A DNA stretch of 44,143 bases from a virus (lineage: Duplodnaviria; Caudoviricetes): IMG/VR virus record IMGVR_UViG_3300031629_000006, positions 1 through 44,143 of that record, one strand, 5' to 3'. The translations under genes were made by a program, and so were the position numbers. Below are positions 6,748 to 16,474 of the stretch, piece by piece (the stretch's first letter is position 1; every line of letters begins with the position of its first letter). The notes under the pieces were generated by a model that did not search any database, was not told where the DNA came from, and worked only from the letters and a program-made list of their open reading frames with translations.

Positions 6748-9700
6748 TTAGAAAGCGCCCTCTGTGGCTTCAGATACTCTCTTAGCTAGTTTATTCATCC
6801 TGATCTGAATATCGTCAAGACGGTCACGCTTCGTTGAAGGAGACATAACCCGACTATTGTATATTGCCTGTTGTTGCTTACGCATATCAGACAATGAACG
6901 ACTCGCCTTGTTAAGCATAGTCCTATACCTTAGTGAGCCTCTATTCTCTTCAGCCAGTTTGCGAGCTTCTTCAAGCTTGCCTTGCTGAGCTAGGAATTTA
7001 ATAGAACTGTAAATCTCGCCTACTTCACCCATACGGTCATACAAGTCCGTCATGCCTTGAACGCTTCTTGCTGGGCCATCGCCTTTCCAGAACGATTTGA
7101 TAACAGGGTATTCATTCATGCGCATCTCAGGTCGGTCTGGCGTATCCATTCCCCACCGCGAGAAGTAATCTACAGATGAAAGCATATACGCGCCCATAGT
7201 ACCCGTATGTCCTTTGAAGATATGTTCTAGCTTCTTAGGGGAAGTGCCTGTCCATTCGCCTAGCTTCTTCATTACGTCAGACGTATAAGAAGAATAACGA
7301 TCTTGTGGCCTACGGTTTAAGTCACTCGCTCCTTCAATGGGACGGTCACGCCACATATCACGATTCATGTAACCTTCTAGGGTAGGCTTCAAGAACTGAG
7401 GCGTTGGATTCAATGCTAGTGTTTCAAGCAGGTTATGCTTAATAGACCACATCAACTTATCATTGCCTTGAGTTTGTGCAACTTGAGTGTGCCAGATACG
7501 CTCTGGGATAGTGCCGAACAAGACACCAATCTCAAACGGCTTAGGCAGTCTTAGGTGTTCATCACCTATAAAGAAGTGCCAGTACGCATCCTTATCCCAA
7601 TCTTCCAACTGCTGATAACGCTCCTCGTCATCGTTGAATGCGGCTAGTGCCATAGAGAATGCGGCAATCTTAATTCCTGACTGCACGACTACGTTACGAT
7701 ATAGTTTCCATCCGTTAGGATCATCCTTCGCAGCACGGGCCAGTTTAGACAAGCCTTGCAATCTCGCGTTTAAGAACGGAACCATATCCGTCATAACGAT
7801 CATTGCTTGGAAGTTTCCACGAAGACTGTAATCCATTAGGTCTTTAGCTTCATACAAAGCCTGGGCCATCGGCTTGCCAGACTTCAAGGCCGCTTCAAAG
7901 GTAGCTAGACGGTTTGAGTTCTCAAGCTTATCACCGATAGTACGATACGCCTGCCAGCCACGTTGAATAGCTTGGCTAGTCTTCTTGCCTCCAGATAGTA
8001 CAGAATCTAAGTGAGTCTCTATAGCGTCTTGGTTTAAACCTCTAGCCTTTAAGTCTCTGCGAATAATCTGAGCGGTTTCTTCTGGGTCTGCACCATGAAT
8101 GTATCCACCCTGAAAACTAGCACCACCAAACGACAGGCTGCGGTACTCTTCACTTGAGGTGGCAGCGTTATAAACGCCTCTCATACTATCTAGGCCAAAC
8201 GTCATATTGTCTTGGTTGATAGCATGAGCATGAACAGCATCACGTACAAAGTTGCGCAAGATGAAGTCTGGCGATGATGTAACGCCCGTAGTAACCAGTC
8301 GCTTAAACCAGCGGCCAGTCTTCATAAATGCGCCACCCATGTAATCGGCTTGGAAGTGAGTAATACCTCGCAGCAAGCCTTCATCGTTAACCTTGTAATA
8401 CTCGTTTTTACCTTCGCGCATTACACGTATAACATCAGGATCACTTGGCGCTACAATCTGCCAAAGCTTTTCAAAGCCCTTGCTATCCAGCTTAGTCATT
8501 TCTTTAAGCACTGCTTCTTCACTTGAGTTTGGAATGCCAAGCATATCGGCAACCATCTTCACATACTTGCGGTCAGACCTGATTCGGCTATTGATCTGTG
8601 AGCGAGAAACATTAACCTGCTTATACTTCATTGTTTCTTCGGTAAGGAAGCGACTACCCTTTAGATTATCTACAGTCTTGAGTAGCGCGCTATTCTTTAA
8701 AGATGAATCGGCAAGCTTGAGCCAGTTAGTAATAATGTTTTCCAGCAAATCACTGGTCGCCATATCGCCGCCAACAAGCTTCTTAATGCCTGAAGTCTGG
8801 TGAGAGATACCGCCTGAAGTCTTTGGCCCCATTCGTAGATGGTCATCGGTAGAACGGTAGAATGGAATGTACCACTCACTTTCCCAATCTACTCTGCTGT
8901 CAGCATCCAACGTACCAGCCTCTTCTGCTAGGTCTAGCATTGCCTTGTTGATCTTCATGTACTCTTGGCGAGCCGCCTCAAACTGCGCTTCCTTACCCTT
9001 ATTCAAACCCTTCAAATAAGTAATATCTTCGGCGTTAAGGTTGTTCTCGCGGTCTTGGCTCATAAGCTCGTCACCACGGTTGCCCGCAATCCAGCCCAAC
9101 CAATTATCAAGGTCTTTACCTAAGTCCGAGAATATTTCCAACGCACCTTGTGTATTCGCTCTACGCTGTACCACACCATCTTTCCATTCTGGTGCGCCGT
9201 AGTTAAGAATGCCGTGCATAACGTCAGCCACACCTTTAGCAAGACGAACTCCAACGTGTCCTGAGTTGGCGTAGTCATTAGCAGCTATGCCCTTGCCTAC
9301 TTCATCCTCTGCTTTCTTAATGCCGTGCGAGCCATCAAATACACCTTCATAAAGACGCTCTCCAAACCCTTCGCTGAAAGGAGACTTGAGTATCTTCTTC
9401 ATAGCTTCGGTTAGCTTCTTAGTAGGCGTTATTCCTAAGCCCACTTTTGCCAAGGTTTCCTTGTTTCGGCTAAATGCAACTGTACCGTCACCGCCAACAC
9501 CTGCGTTTTCAACAATACTGTCACGGCTTCGCTTCATTAATAGGTGTAGATCAGAATCATTGAATTTAGCAAGAGTCATAAAGCCCTTGTCTCGTAGCCA
9601 ACTTCTAAGCTCGCCCATCAATTCTTTAATTTTTCGCTGTAATGCGGGACGACTATCCTCTTGCATATGAGCAATAAGTTCTTCAACGATAATGCGGTTA

Positions 9701-12700
9701 CGCACATCCTCTGGCAAGCTTGATCCTTCCAGCCCGTCAAAGTAATCGTCCAGGTTAATGTTATGCTTTGCTGCTAGAGCCTCAATTCCTTTACGCCCGC
9801 CCGCAGCCATGTAGACCTGGTTAAGCTTTATATTAACGCCCTTGCCAAATACTTTCCGTATGCCATAATGACCTAAATGCTCATGCAGAATTACCCGCTC
9901 AACATCGGCTTTTGTGGATAGTTCATCTAAAACTATGTAGGTTTTATTGTTATGGAATACGCCTTTTATGCTGTTCTCGGCATCCTGATCTTTTGCATCA
10001 TCCTTTATCTTTTGAGGAAGGTCTTCGTAGGTGTCAACAAGAACAAACTCGTCACCCCTATTGTCTCCAGCCCAGTCTACGATGATACTGTCGATGACTT
10101 CACTTGCCTCATGCGCACTGACGGTAGCACGACTATCTGCTTCCGTGACGGCGGCGGCTTTACTGCTAATGCTAGGAGACCTACTGAAAAAAGTATTACT
10201 TGAATCTGCTTGAGCAGGATCAAAAGCCGCGTCAATTGAACGGTATTGGTTCGGATCAAAAGCGATGTAAGTGGTATGGTCGCCCTCCTTTAAAGCCACG
10301 CCGTCATAGCCCCTACCTATAAGTTCGTCAATGCCAAGCCTGTCATATAAGTCCCAATCGGCTGGATTTTTTATACGCACATACATGGCTTTAATTACAC
10401 CACTACCCTGAGCGCCAGCTTCGCCAGCCTCTATTGAGGCCTTATCGGTGGTAGACCAGTATTGAGTGCCGATGGCTCTCTCAGGATCAAAGGCATCGAA
10501 ATCTTCTTTTGTGCCGTGATAGACGATTTCATCAATATTAAAGCCCATCTCTTTAGCCCGCTCCATGCGAGCGGCGTTAGACATATCAAGCTTGCCAGCC
10601 TTATCTGTATCAGTTCTAGAGAATAGTGCAACACCTGAGTCGGTTTCCTTACTCTCCATAACATCAAACAAAGCATCAAGCGCAGGCTCTACTGCAGCTA
10701 GCTCTGATTCAGTCGGGTATGGGTATGACTCGTCAAAGTTGCCAGTTACTTGCTCCATAGCATCCCAAGCATCCTTGGGCAGTATGGTCGCTAGGTAATC
10801 ACTTTCGTAACCACTATTCTGTAACTTCTTAATGATATAAGTTTCAAAAGTTCGTGCAGTCACTTCTATTACAGTAGACCAATAATCCTTCGACTTACGA
10901 CCATCAAGAACCTTAGCTCTTTCTGTCATGGTCGTGTCTTGTTCAAGCACGCTGACCACGTTCTTAAAGGCGTCATAAACTTCTGGACGCACACCAAAGT
11001 CTTTCGGATCAAGCTTGCCGTAAGTAGATTCGCCAGCTTCGTTTTTAATTATGCCTCGTTCCTTACGCTCCTTTTCCGTAATGTAGCCGTTCATGGCTCC
11101 CATACGTCCAAAGTAATCATCAAGAGCGTGCCACCATTCATGGGCCAAACTTCCAGCACCATTAATCTTGGTTAGGTTGATAACCACATTGCCAGACTCG
11201 TAGTGTGCTGCTGCAGAGTCTTGACCACCGCTACCACGCGCACCAAAGGCTAAGCCTAACTCACCGTTCAGAGAGATTGCTTTAGGGGGTACGCCAATAA
11301 TCTCAGCCAAGTCTAGCAGGCCGTCATAGGCATTATTAATGTCTTGCTGGCGCTTATCGTTTTCAACATAATTACCGAACTGTACACCACGGAACCCAAA
11401 GGTATCACCAAACTCAGCAGAGGTAATATTCTTACCTTTACGGCGGTCTATACCAACACGTTCATTTTGCTCAGAGCGGCGAACATTGCCAATTTTCTTC
11501 TTCTGCTTTAACTGCTCAACTAATAGAGCGTTATTATCTCTGGAGTAATTAAGTGCTTCTTGGGCAGTATCGAAGTTACCAAGCTCAATATACTTCCTGG
11601 TTCCTATCTTCTTACCTAAGACAAAGCCTTCTTCACCACGGGTAGACCATACATCAAACTTGGTTAGTTGGTTTGATGCGGTACTATCAGGGTTTGAGAT
11701 TTGCTCTTTTAAGTGATTTACAGCTTCTTCAATCGTGTCAAAGTATGCTGAGGCTCCCATACCTCCTAGTCCAGACTGCTGAGAGCTATCCTTAACTTCC
11801 CATTTATTTACATTATTTTTATCGCCAAATTTTGAGAAGAACATCTTCGTTAATTTGAAGTTTCCAATCTCTTGTATAGCATCTGCAGGAATATAATTCG
11901 CTATAGAAAGTAGCGGCCTAAGACCATTAAGCTTGTCACCAACTCCACCACCAAGCGTATTAACTACGTGGTCAATTGCTAACTCTCCTGACATTACGCC
12001 ACTAGCTATGTTCCTTACTTTCTCTACACTCTCGGCCCATCTACGGATTTTGTGAGACTTTCTAGGCTTAGCTGGAATGTTCCCACGTAGGAAAGATATT
12101 AAACCTAATATACGCCTGTCCACGCCCGCCTCGGCCAGCTTCACATAGTTAGGCTTAGGGAAAGACTTACTTAAAGGAACTGCCGAAACATCAATATCAG
12201 CACTCAAGGCTTCACGAATAGTGGCAGTGTCTTTCTTAGCACCGTAGATAACTTCACCGAAGTCTTCAAATCGCTCTGAAGCTTTATCAACTAAAGCTGT
12301 GCCTTTCTTGGTCAATGCTTCAGTAGGCGCTGTATCAGCAGGAGCCGTCTCAGTATCAGTGCTTCCATCCACACTAAGATTTTCTATATCCACTTGCGCT
12401 GTATCTGACGATTCAAAAGGATCATCACCTATCGCTTCTCTAATATCTTCTTCGACTGCACCACGACCAATAGCGGCTTCAACAGACTTACTTAGCTCTG
12501 GGAAGCGTCCGTCAACATACTGCTGAACCGTTTGGTTAGCTTCATTGTTGGCTTGGAAAAACGCTGCTGCAAACCCCTTTGGAGTAGCACTTCTAGCATT
12601 CTTAGTTTTGAGTGATTTGCCGCCATACTTTTTGTGCATGATGGACTTCATTACAGGGTCAACTGGTATCTGAGGAAGGTCAGTGTTGAACTTTCCGAAG

Positions 12701-15700
12701 AGGTAGGTTTCTTTAGTGTAGGCATCGCCATAAACCCACGGATCAAATTTCATCCTAGCTTTAGGTAATCCAGTAAGCCTTTGGATTCTGCCCATAGGGT
12801 TTTCTAATACCCACATAACAGGGTCTAAAGTCTCGATTAGATCAAGGGTCGCAATCACTAAATCCTTACTAGCTTCCGTGCGTCCATCAGCGTCTTTAGC
12901 TTTAAAGTGCCTTGCGCCTGACGAAGCAAAGTCAGTACATGGGCAGGCAGCTAATATGCCCCAGATTTCACCTTCAATACCAAGTTCTTCAGAAAGGTAT
13001 TCGTTTGAAAGCTTTGTTATATCGTGACCGTTTTGTATGTCCAGAGGGATAACATTGTATCCAGCATCTGCATAAGGTTGGCCCCAGTGTCCCGTATAGT
13101 CAAATAGGGAAAGGATAGTTTTGCCACCGTTTTCCGCTTTCAATAAGGCGGTTTCGGTTTGTTCAATGGCGCTATCGTTCCATTTATCTGTACCCATTAT
13201 GTCGCCGTAGATATTTAGCCACATACCTTTAGCGTAAATAATAGCGTCTTCTAAATTATTCGCAGAGTCTTGTCGTGACAATACAGGGGCATCGCTTGTC
13301 TCAACCCAAAATGTTTTTGGTTCATGTGTATAACGATTATTGTAGTTTGAGGTGATAACAAATCGCTCACCCACTTTACTGATAGTTATACGCTCGCCGC
13401 CGTCTGGCTGCTCATAGTCATCAAGAGTTCGTTGGCGCTCTTTAATCAACTCACTACCTGCTGGTATTACCCAGTCTTCGCCAGTCTTGATTGGTTCTGG
13501 CGCATAAACAATATCACTAGGATCAACTGACTTTCTTGCGTCATACACTGCTTCTGGTGACTTGAATAAGCTTGACCGACTACTAACCACATCCTTGAAG
13601 TCTTCAGCACTCATTTCGAGTCTTTCAACATCTTCATACAAAGACGTGAAAATCCTACTCTCGTCTAACTCTCTTGGCTCTACGTTTGAGTGTTCAGGCG
13701 CGCCATTCTTAGGATTGATTCTTACGCTACCATCATCACGCGCAGTAAACCTTGGGTTAGCAGTCGGTAGGTTATCGCTTACTTCTGTAGTAGATTGGAC
13801 TTTATTGGTTGGAGCCACTGACTCACCAACTTGGTTGAATAGGTCGCCAGACTGGTCATTTTGCATCGGGTCAGACTGACTCGACAAGGTTGCATTGCCG
13901 CCATCAAGCGTTAAGAGTGGGGCTTCTCTATCAATCTGGGCCTTAGTATCACCGCCTTCAATATCACGTCCAGCAAGTGTGGCTAGCTCTGACTCGGTTT
14001 GAGTGGTTAGGTCAAAGCTAGAATCTAATCCTGTAGATTCGGATCGTTGATTACTTTGTCCAAGCGATTCATTAACTCCTGCCTGCGCACCGCTAGGAAC
14101 TTCTCCTTGAGTGCCAGCTTCTTCTGTGATTCCTTCACGTCCACCAACAACTCGTTCCAAGTTTGGCGTCTTGGCTTCTCTGTGCTCATTTCTCTTACTC
14201 CAAATAGCTTGGTTTACTTTGTTGATAAACGCCTTATCGTTTGGCGTAGTAATGTACATTTTCGATACTGTGCCAGCATCAACGCCAGCTTCAACCGCTA
14301 GCTTAACCATATCTTTAGCAGATACTACAACGCTACTGTCGTTAATATCTTGGTATAACTCTACCCCTCGCTCATCGGCGTAGTCTAGGATATTAGGCTC
14401 TTGCATAACCTCTTCGTAAGTATAGCCTGAATCCTTAAAATACTCCTGATTCCGATTTAGATCATTGCCTTCATCGTGATAGTTCATCATTTCAGTAATG
14501 ACGGCCTGCTGGTTCACACCTAGCTTTTTACCAGATAGTGCTTTAGCTACAGTATCCTCAACATACTTCATTGAGTTCATTGAATCGCTATCTTTAAACC
14601 AGTCAGGATTACCACTGGATGTACGTCCAGTGATTCTATCATTGCTGTCATACGTGTATACAATGCCGCCGCCTTTCACTAGGTCGCCAAGCATCCCATT
14701 AGTCACGTTACGGTAATTATCATCCGCAAAGCGTTCATCTAGCCCCTGTGCTTTAACTACTTCTACATGGTCAGGATTAGGCTGGTATCGGGTTGTTGGG
14801 CCTGTAGTGTCTTCTATCGAAGGCTCGTACTGGTTTAAGTCATTATCATTCACAGCATTAAGTGCTGCTTGGCCACGTTGCTCGTTAGTTGGTCGTGTGG
14901 ATGTTGTCTGATCTACTGGAGTTGTCCAAGGTACTGTTTGATCTAGGCCGTTATTGGCATTACCAACTTCACGTACAGGGCCACCCAGATAAATTGGGCG
15001 ATTAGGGAAAACATTGCTAGGCTGGCCATCATAACCAAGCGTCAATGTTTCAGGTACGACTTCAGCTACAGGGGCCGCAACTACTTCTTGAGGAACCTGT
15101 GGCGTAGACCATACAGTTTGGCCGTCTAAGCCAGTGTTTGCATTGCCAGTGTTTCCAATAGGAGCGTCACTACCAGAATAGATTACGCCATCTGTGCCAA
15201 GTTTAGCTTGTGGAATAGTCCTATTTTCTTCAATGACCTGTTCTAAGTTAGATACAAAATCAGTGCTGAATATATCGTCCGATAACGCATCATCTAACTG
15301 AGAATCAATTTCATGTGAGCTGACTTTTGAAGCTAAATCTATATCAGCTAGTTCTTCTGTTCTATGGGTAGATTCATCTTCACCTGTTAAATCGTTAACA
15401 ACTGAAACGGAACCATCATCATTGTTACGCTTGCTCCATGTTGGAGGAACCTTAGCGCCGTTTTTAAGACCTTGATTAACTTCTACGGCAGTAGAAACTG
15501 CAGATGGGCCAGCACTCATGCCCATTGATATAAAGGCGGTATCAATAAAGGTATCTAGTATCTCGTCATTGGTATAGGTTGCGCCCTCACTAGCTGCTAC
15601 AGCTATGGGGATTGATTCCTGTCCTACCTCTGTAACGGTTTCAGCGCCAACCTTCTTGGTTAGCTTCTTGGCAACTTCTTTAGCTGCTTCGCCATAACCT

Positions 15701-16458
15701 TTTACTACCAGCTCTTTAACAACCTGGTCGCCCGTACTATTCAGTAGTGTGCCAGCAGGGAATACCTTTCCAGCACCAAACTTATCTAATATGCCGATTA
15801 AAACGCCAGCGCCTAAAGCTTTAGCGTTATTAACATCAACGCCTTTGTCTTCCATCTCCTGAGCGGCTTCACCCGTACCCATTAAGGCTGATGAAATATA
15901 CGTACCACCACCGATAACTAACGCAGCAGGAGCGCTAAATACAGCAGCGATACCCGCCGCTCCAGCGCCTACAAGAGCCGCACCACTAGTGGCAGAGTTC
16001 TCTAGCATCTTCTCCAAAACGTAACCTGCAGCGTTACCAAAACCATCCTCATTGAAGGTTTCGCGCAAGCTGCCTCGGTTGTATTGGGATTGATAACCAC
16101 CGCTAGCAATGTCTATCTTTTGTTGTTCAACAATATTACGGCCAATATTTTCAGCGCCTTCAGATCCAAACAATTCACCAATAGACTGAACACCACGGCC
16201 CCATAACTGCTGAGCTTGGTCTACTGAATAACTTAGTGCGCCATCCCTGTCTTCGTCCGTACCTGTGTACTGAAGGTCGTTACTGGCTGATTGCTGTACT
16301 GGCCTGGGGGCAGCCAAGAGATTTATAATGTCATCATCATTAAAGCCCGCATTACGAGCGCCTGTTAAATCATAACCTCGCTTCTTGGCTAAAGAGTTCA
16401 CTATCTCATCATTACTGAAGCCCGCATTACGAGCGCCCTGGACATCAAAATTAGACAT
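6748..16458 (-). CDS. Giant polyvalent internal virion/ejection protein (C5-MTase, LPD5, LPD1 zincin, ART-like, MPTase zincin, LPD38)
   Basis: LSLFD..G, AACPCTDF and VLENP (Dcm); EDFGEVIYGAKKD (LPD5-like); FGFRGVQFGN...AHEWWHALD (LPD1-like); YHGT...FDPNQ (ART-like); LHEHLGHYG; WDKDAYWH...LPKPFEIG (LPD38-like). Last gene of the late operon. Confidence 0.85.
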   Translation of the reverse strand: MSNFDVQGARNAGFSNDEIVNSLAKKRGYDLTGARNAGFNDDDIINLLAAPRPVQQSASNDLQYTGTDEDRDGALSYSVDQAQQLWGRGVQSIGELFGSEGAENIGRNIVEQQKIDIASGGYQSQYNRGSLRETFNEDGFGNAAGYVLEKMLENSATSGAALVGAGAAGIAAVFSAPAALVIGGGTYISSALMGTGEAAQEMEDKGVDVNNAKALGAGVLIGILDKFGAGKVFPAGTLLNSTGDQVVKELVVKGYGEAAKEVAKKLTKKVGAETVTEVGQESIPIAVAASEGATYTNDEILDTFIDTAFISMGMSAGPSAVSTAVEVNQGLKNGAKVPPTWSKRNNDDGSVSVVNDLTGEDESTHRTEELADIDLASKVSSHEIDSQLDDALSDDIFSTDFVSNLEQVIEENRTIPQAKLGTDGVIYSGSDAPIGNTGNANTGLDGQTVWSTPQVPQEVVAAPVAEVVPETLTLGYDGQPSNVFPNRPIYLGGPVREVGNANNGLDQTVPWTTPVDQTTSTRPTNEQRGQAALNAVNDNDLNQYEPSIEDTTGPTTRYQPNPDHVEVVKAQGLDERFADDNYRNVTNGMLGDLVKGGGIVYTYDSNDRITGRTSSGNPDWFKDSDSMNSMKYVEDTVAKALSGKKLGVNQQAVITEMMNYHDEGNDLNRNQEYFKDSGYTYEEVMQEPNILDYADERGVELYQDINDSSVVVSAKDMVKLAVEAGVDAGTVSKMYITTPNDKAFINKVNQAIWSKRNEHREAKTPNLERVVGGREGITEEAGTQGEVPSGAQAGVNESLGQSNQRSESTGLDSSFDLTTQTESELATLAGRDIEGGDTKAQIDREAPLLTLDGGNATLSSQSDPMQNDQSGDLFNQVGESVAPTNKVQSTTEVSDNLPTANPRFTARDDGSVRINPKNGAPEHSNVEPRELDESRIFTSLYEDVERLEMSAEDFKDVVSSRSSLFKSPEAVYDARKSVDPSDIVYAPEPIKTGEDWVIPAGSELIKERQRTLDDYEQPDGGERITISKVGERFVITSNYNNRYTHEPKTFWVETSDAPVLSRQDSANNLEDAIIYAKGMWLNIYGDIMGTDKWNDSAIEQTETALLKAENGGKTILSLFDYTGHWGQPYADAGYNVIPLDIQNGHDITKLSNEYLSEELGIEGEIWGILAACPCTDFASSGARHFKAKDADGRTEASKDLVIATLDLIETLDPVMWVLENPMGRIQRLTGLPKARMKFDPWVYGDAYTKETYLFGKFNTDLPQIPVDPVMKSIMHKKYGGKSLKTKNARSATPKGFAAAFFQANNEANQTVQQYVDGRFPELSKSVEAAIGRGAVEEDIREAIGDDPFESSDTAQVDIENLSVDGSTDTETAPADTAPTEALTKKGTALVDKASERFEDFGEVIYGAKKDTATIREALSADIDVSAVPLSKSFPKPNYVKLAEAGVDRRILGLISFLRGNIPAKPRKSHKIRRWAESVEKVRNIASGVMSGELAIDHVVNTLGGGVGDKLNGLRPLLSIANYIPADAIQEIGNFKLTKMFFSKFGDKNNVNKWEVKDSSQQSGLGGMGASAYFDTIEEAVNHLKEQISNPDSTASNQLTKFDVWSTRGEEGFVLGKKIGTRKYIELGNFDTAQEALNYSRDNNALLVEQLKQKKKIGNVRRSEQNERVGIDRRKGKNITSAEFGDTFGFRGVQFGNYVENDKRQQDINNAYDGLLDLAEIIGVPPKAISLNGELGLAFGARGSGGQDSAAAHYESGNVVINLTKINGAGSLAHEWWHALDDYFGRMGAMNGYITEKERKERGIIKNEAGESTYGKLDPKDFGVRPEVYDAFKNVVSVLEQDTTMTERAKVLDGRKSKDYWSTVIEVTARTFETYIIKKLQNSGYESDYLATILPKDAWDAMEQVTGNFDESYPYPTESELAAVEPALDALFDVMESKETDSGVALFSRTDTDKAGKLDMSNAARMERAKEMGFNIDEIVYHGTKEDFDAFDPERAIGTQYWSTTDKASIEAGEAGAQGSGVIKAMYVRIKNPADWDLYDRLGIDELIGRGYDGVALKEGDHTTYIAFDPNQYRSIDAAFDPAQADSSNTFFSRSPSISSKAAAVTEADSRATVSAHEASEVIDSIIVDWAGDNRGDEFVLVDTYEDLPQKIKDDAKDQDAENSIKGVFHNNKTYIVLDELSTKADVERVILHEHLGHYGIRKVFGKGVNIKLNQVYMAAGGRKGIEALAAKHNINLDDYFDGLEGSSLPEDVRNRIIVEELIAHMQEDSRPALQRKIKELMGELRSWLRDKGFMTLAKFNDSDLHLLMKRSRDSIVENAGVGGDGTVAFSRNKETLAKVGLGITPTKKLTEAMKKILKSPFSEGFGERLYEGVFDGSHGIKKAEDEVGKGIAANDYANSGHVGVRLAKGVADVMHGILNYGAPEWKDGVVQRRANTQGALEIFSDLGKDLDNWLGWIAGNRGDELMSQDRENNLNAEDITYLKGLNKGKEAQFEAARQEYMKINKAMLDLAEEAGTLDADSRVDWESEWYIPFYRSTDDHLRMGPKTSGGISHQTSGIKKLVGGDMATSDLLENIITNWLKLADSSLKNSALLKTVDNLKGSRFLTEETMKYKQVNVSRSQINSRIRSDRKYVKMVADMLGIPNSSEEAVLKEMTKLDSKGFEKLWQIVAPSDPDVIRVMREGKNEYYKVNDEGLLRGITHFQADYMGGAFMKTGRWFKRLVTTGVTSSPDFILRNFVRDAVHAHAINQDNMTFGLDSMRGVYNAATSSEEYRSLSFGGASFQGGYIHGADPEETAQIIRRDLKARGLNQDAIETHLDSVLSGGKKTSQAIQRGWQAYRTIGDKLENSNRLATFEAALKSGKPMAQALYEAKDLMDYSLRGNFQAMIVMTDMVPFLNARLQGLSKLARAAKDDPNGWKLYRNVVVQSGIKIAAFSMALAAFNDDEERYQQLEDWDKDAYWHFFIGDEHLRLPKPFEIGVLFGTIPERIWHTQVAQTQGNDKLMWSIKHNLLETLALNPTPQFLKPTLEGYMNRDMWRDRPIEGASDLNRRPQDRYSSYTSDVMKKLGEWTGTSPKKLEHIFKGHTGTMGAYMLSSVDYFSRWGMDTPDRPEMRMNEYPVIKSFWKGDGPARSVQGMTDLYDRMGEVGEIYSSIKFLAQQGKLEEARKLAEENRGSLRYRTMLNKASRSLSDMRKQQQAIYNSRVMSPSTKRDRLDDIQIRMNKLAKRVSEATEGAF

Positions 16459-16474
16459 AATTTTCCTTAATCTA

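Noticed and set aside
7634-14716. Numerous + strand ORFs within the giant gene
   Set aside because: These are antisense shadows with Ser/Leu-rich composition, no RBS and no motifs.
6748-16458. N4-like virion RNA polymerase or DarB helicase
   Set aside because: The size is similar, but I found no T7-type polymerase motifs, no Walker A/DExD helicase motifs and no NPP(Y/F) N6-MTase motif.
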